A stretch of 64,000 nucleotides of DNA from assembly GCA_951406725.2 (NCBI GenBank), contig OX597821.1:33480001-33544000 (forward strand), read 5' to 3'. Below, piece by piece: positions 59,450-64,000 of the stretch (position 1 is its first letter; the number at the start of each line of letters is the position of its first letter). Origin of the DNA: Octopus vulgaris (Eukaryota). Below the pieces are notes generated by a model, which did no database searches, had not been told where the DNA came from, and saw only the letters and a list, made by a program, of their open reading frames with translations. The translations under genes were made by a program, and so were the position numbers.

Positions 59450-59866
59450 GGATCTTTTCGGTTTGAACGGCAGTTTTTTCTAGCGGTGTCATATGAAATT
59501 GTCACCCATAATTATGACCCTAGTATCGATCTATTGCATTTCAATCTGTTTTAGGGTTAGGGTTAGCAGTGTGGGGAAGGGTATCTTTTTTTCTTCACAA
59601 ATGTAAATAAACCCAATCTGTTTCTTAAACGAGAGACATATTCATACGAAACAGAATGCTTTTTACCTCAATGGACGTCATTGATTGGTTGAAATTGCAG
59701 AAATTGAAGGAAAAAAACAACAAATATTTTACAAACTATAGAATTTTCTCAATAAAGCCAAGAGAAAAAGCTGTTTTATAAACACATTCTACGAGTATAC
59801 GAAGTTAAAATTTTTTTAGTTACCTAGAAATTATGTTAAAAACTGCCGCTCAAACCGAAAAGATCC
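59450..59866. mobile_element. MITE family B (inverted orientation), 7-bp TSD AAACATT
   Basis: TIRs; TTAGGGTTAGGGTTAG inside. Confidence 0.92.
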
Positions 59867-60091
59867 AAACATTTGACTATGAGAAAAAGAAAAAAAAGAC
59901 CCCCAGAAGTTGGGCGTAATAAATCTCTCCTACTTGGACAAGCAAGTCTGGTCAAACGCTATTCCTGTCCACCCATTTCCACTAACAAAATGCTGGACAC
60001 AAGTGGAAGACTTACCTAACGTGCTGCAGTGTGGGGCTGAACCTGGAATCACGTGGCCGACAAACTAACTTCCCAGTATCCAACATCCGTC

Positions 60092-60501
60092 GGATCTTTT
60101 CGGTTTGAACGGCAGTTTTTAACATAATTTCTAGGTAACTAAAAAAATTTTAAACTTCGTATACTGGTAGAATGTGTTTATAAAACATCTTTTTCTCTTG
60201 GCTTTATTGAGAAAATTCTATAGTTTGTAACATATTTGTTGTTTTTTTCTGCAATTTTAACCAATCACTGACGTCTATTGAGGTAAAAAAAACATTCTGT
60301 GCCGTATGAATATGTCCCTCGTTTAAGAAACAGATTGGGTTTATTTACATTTGTGAAGAAAAAAAGATACCCTTCCCCCCACTGCTAACCCTAACCCTAA
60401 AACAGATTGAAATGCAATAGATCGATACTAGGGTCATAATTATGGGTGACAATTTCATATGACACCGCTAGAAAAAACTGCCGGTCAAACCGAAAAGATC
60501 C
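60092..60501. mobile_element. MITE family B, 8-bp TSD CATCCGTC
   Basis: TIRs; TSD at 60084-60091 and 60502-60509. Confidence 0.92.
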
Positions 60502-60784
60502 CATCCGTCTCTACCTGTTTCTATTTTAATATTTCCCCCATTTTTCTTAATTTCATTGACACTCTGAAGCTGTGTTCATAGATTGTAGTTGAAATCGCAG
60601 TTATCTCCCTTGGACCTGCTGCACGGACTGATTCTTTTCGTATTAATTACGACGTGGTCGCTCGATGTGCTAGAATTTACTAGTTGCAAATAACCCTTGA
60701 AATTATGTTTTACTGCCTTAAAAAGGATGAATTTGATAATGAGGTCTTAGATTGCACTGGCTAGCAAGAAAAGAAAAGAAAGAT

Positions 60785-61145
60785 ATAGCTGTGTGTTAAG
60801 CGTGCTTTCCAATTATGATTTCCGGGTTCAGTCCCACCGCATGGCACCTTGGGCAATATATTTTCTACTATAGCCTCGGGCCGACTAAATCTTTGTGAGC
60901 GGATTTGGTAGACGGAAACTGAAAGAAGGCCATCATATATATGTGTGTATGTTTGTCCCCACACCCCGTCACCACTTGATAACCAGCGTTGGTGTGTTTA
61001 CATCCCTGTAATCTAGCGATTCGGCAAAAGAGACCGATAGAATAAGTACTATGCTTAGAAAATAAGATCTAGGGCTGGATTTGTTTGACTAAACCCCTTC
61101 AGGGCGGTGCGCCAGCAGTCAAATGACTGAAACAAGTAAAAGAAT
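60785..61145 (+). mobile_element. CORE-like SINE, near full length
   Basis: CCGGGTTCAGTCCC..GGCACCTTGGGCAA; tail GGCGGTGCGCCAGCAGTCAAATGACTGAAACAAG. Confidence 0.85.
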
Positions 61146-61219
61146 AGTCACAGCTTGCTATTAATCATAGGTTTACTTGGTGAGGCCTCACCCCAGGTTA
61201 ATTAGCAAGGAATTCTTTT

Positions 61220-62300
61220 TTTTTATTCTTACATTCCGTTGTTTTTGTCCTCTTCTGTATATCAACAATCTACTTGCCGTCACGTTCATAAACACCGTCT
61301 CTTATACAGAGGATACAACCCTTCATTTCCCCATAAATTTTCCTAACTTTTTTTTTATCCACGCCAAACCTACACACCTCATGCTAAACCTGCGCTGGTT
61401 CTATGAACGGAGTAGTCGAAAGAAGCCCCCAGATGGAGTAATATACCAAATTTGTCTCTTTCAAAAGCAAAGAAGCACAAATGCCACTCAAATCAAGACA
61501 TCATCACACTACATCCCCCTTGATCATGAGTAGCACTCAACTAGAGCCCTCACGGTCACTGTAAATGTTAGGCACTGAGGAACAATCTCGGCGAAAACAC
61601 ACCTTCAAAATATTTACGGTAGTATTCCAAAGACTGACCCTTCTCTTCAAGGCCAAAATATCAGCCCACAAATACTGACTCTACAAAGCAGAAAGCCCTG
61701 CAAAAAGTGTCTTACTCCTACACCTTTTTCTGTCCTATTTCTTTACTACCCACAAGGGACTAAACACAGAAGGTACAAACAAGGACAGACAAACGGATTA
61801 AGTCAATTACATCGACCCCAGTGCGTAACTGGTACTTATTTAATCAACCCCGAAAGGATGAAAAGCAAAATCGACCTCGGCGGAATTTGAACTCGGAACA
61901 TAGCGGCAAACGAAATACCGCTAAGCATTTCACCCGCCGTGCTAACGTTTCTGCCAGCTCGCCGCCTTCAGTCCTACTACTGTTTTGCACAGAGACATCC
62001 TATAAGTGCTTCATCCAGAGAAAGGCCTTTAGACTGATTAACGTAGCTACTCTAACATATTTCAGCCTCTGGACTACAGGCATGCTATCTCTCCTCTCTT
62101 AGCCTTTTCTACTGGTATTACAATAGCTTCCGTTCCTCGGGACTGGCCGGTCTCAGTTTACTCAGGTAATCTCAACTAACTCGTCTTTCCTCTTCTCATC
62201 CTTCTTCTATCCTACTACTAAGGCTCTGCACTACCCACTATACTCAGCCATTCCCCTTCAGAACGTTGGGCCTCTACAATACTCTCCTTGCTCATATCTT
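61220..62300 (+). mobile_element. Highly degenerate LINE RT remnant interrupted by a SINE (61730-61970, minus)
   Basis: LLYINNL...SYTEDTTL resembles LYINDL..YADD.TL. Confidence 0.45.
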
Positions 62301-62409
62301 TCTGATATATCATGGCCGCTGTTTCTTCTCCCAGGCACTAAAAACTAGCATTAAAAAGAAAGGATAAAATCTTTTCTCCTGCAAAGCATAGGGACTCAAA
62401 TTTGGAGGA

Positions 62410-62790
62410 AGGGATTAAGTCGATTATATCGACCCCAATGCGTAATTGGTACTTATTTAATGGAAGGCGGCGAGCTGGCAGAAGCGTTAGCACGCCGGGC
62501 GAAATGCTTTGCGGTATTTCGTCTGCCGTTACGTTGTGAGTTCAAATTCCGCCGAGGTCGACTTTGCCTTTCATCCTTTCGGGGTCGATAAATTAAGCAC
62601 CAATTACGCACTGGGGTCGATGTAATCGACTTAATACCTATGTCTGTCCTTGTTTAGCCCCTTGTGGGTAATAAAGAAATAGGTACTTATTTAATCGACC
62701 CCCGAAAGGATGAAAGGCAGAGTCCACCCCGGCGGAGTTTGAACTCAAAACGTAGCGACGGGCGAAATACCACTGCCAGCTTGCCGCCTT
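62410..62790 (+). mobile_element. Nested SINEs (plus copy 62464-62685 inside a minus copy)
   Basis: Full head AAGGCGGCGAGCTGGCAGAAGCGTTAGCACGCCGGGCG; GGTACTTATTTAAT duplicated on both sides. Confidence 0.8.
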
Positions 62791-64000
62791 CGTAAAATAG
62801 GATAAAATAAAAATTATATCTGCAAATTAGCAGCGCAGTTGGTGATAGAAATTTATGCCCAAAGACAAATACCATGCAACGAGCCAATGAAGGACCCTCT
62901 ACGTAGTCACTCAGAAATACCAGCCAGATCTCTGTAATTCATACCCCAAAGCAGCGGTTCCGAAGGTGTACCTCATCGCACATAGGGTTGCTGAGAGCTC
63001 CGCAATAATAATGATAATTATTATTATTATATCTGAATTTTGACACAAGGCTTGGAATTTTATGGGAAAGGTAAGTCAATTACATAGGACAGCTGTACTC
63101 AACTGTTATTTATTCTATTGACTCTGAAAGGCAAAGTCGACCTCGGCAGAATTTGAATTGAATGTAAAGAGTCGGAAGAAATGCCACTAACCATTTTTTT
63201 TCCCAACATGCTAACAATCCTTCCAGCTCGCCAGCTTTAATAACCGCTCAAATAAGTACCAGGCTAAAAAAGAAAATAAATACTGGGATCAATTTGTTCG
63301 ACTGAACCCATCAAGGCGGTGCCACAGTATAACGATTGAAACAAGTAATGTATTGTGTTATCTCGACGTATTTAGTCTCGTCAGAAAATTAGGCCTCAAT
63401 AGCGCCTGTTTGGAATGTTTAAATGAGGCTCAAAACGTCAGTTATTAGATCGGAAACGAAGGTAACATTGTAAATTAAAAATAAAGTGGATGCTTTAATG
63501 GTGGGTAAGTGTCCTCCTTGCTAAAAAGGTAAATTTTGGTTGCTATTCTTAGCATGTCAAACGACATCTTTGACACACGTATCACTCATCGTTATTTATA
63601 CAGCAGTTACATGTAATCTTCACTCTATATGTAGGCGGCCTGATCAGGTTTGAATGAAGCGTCACTGACTGGGCAAACGGTTCGGTTCCACGGTTGGTAT
63701 TCAATCGACTGGGCAAGATGTAAATCTCTTATAGCAAGCTTCTCAGGGTGGTGGTCCGCGAGCCATCAGCTACGGGTACGCGGCGAGTTTCCAGAAAAAG
63801 AAAAGAAATATTATAAAATGTTTATGTAATAATGTATTATTTGTTTAGAAAATAAATAAAAGATTTTAAAAATTGTCAAGTTTTATTTCATTATATATAT
63901 TGTTTCCAGTATAAATTAGTACAACTATGAAATATTACCGGTCCCTGGCACATGGGGGGGGGGGACTGCCAGTATGCCACATCAAATAGTTTGAGAAGCA

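Overview
Eukaryotic, AT-rich, repeat-dominated DNA. The SINE families look like those of octopod cephalopods (inference, not a database result). One host gene is supported: a two-exon, 174-aa single C2H2 zinc-finger protein on + (4611-4818 spliced in phase to 16264-16580). The ORF track misses it because an 11.4-kb intron splits the finger. The flanks (0-19 kb, 55-64 kb) hold SINEs, MITEs and decayed DNA transposons. In the ~19-56 kb block I see no SINEs. It is a mosaic of CR1-type LINE, Penelope-like, two Gypsy lineages, Helentron/Helitron, Merlin and L1-like ORF1 fragments, every coding piece on the minus strand, including one chimeric cassette amplified 4-5 times. This architecture resembles a uni-strand (flamenco-like) piRNA cluster. 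Other notable signals: a Gypsy primer-binding site complementary to the 5' end rather than the 3' end of tRNA-Phe; a telomere-repeat-bearing MITE family with 7/8/8/51-bp target duplications; a LINE 3' tail shared with local SINEs; a large intronic foldback; and a perfect 38-bp palindrome upstream of the gene. Boundaries of decayed elements are approximate and read by eye.
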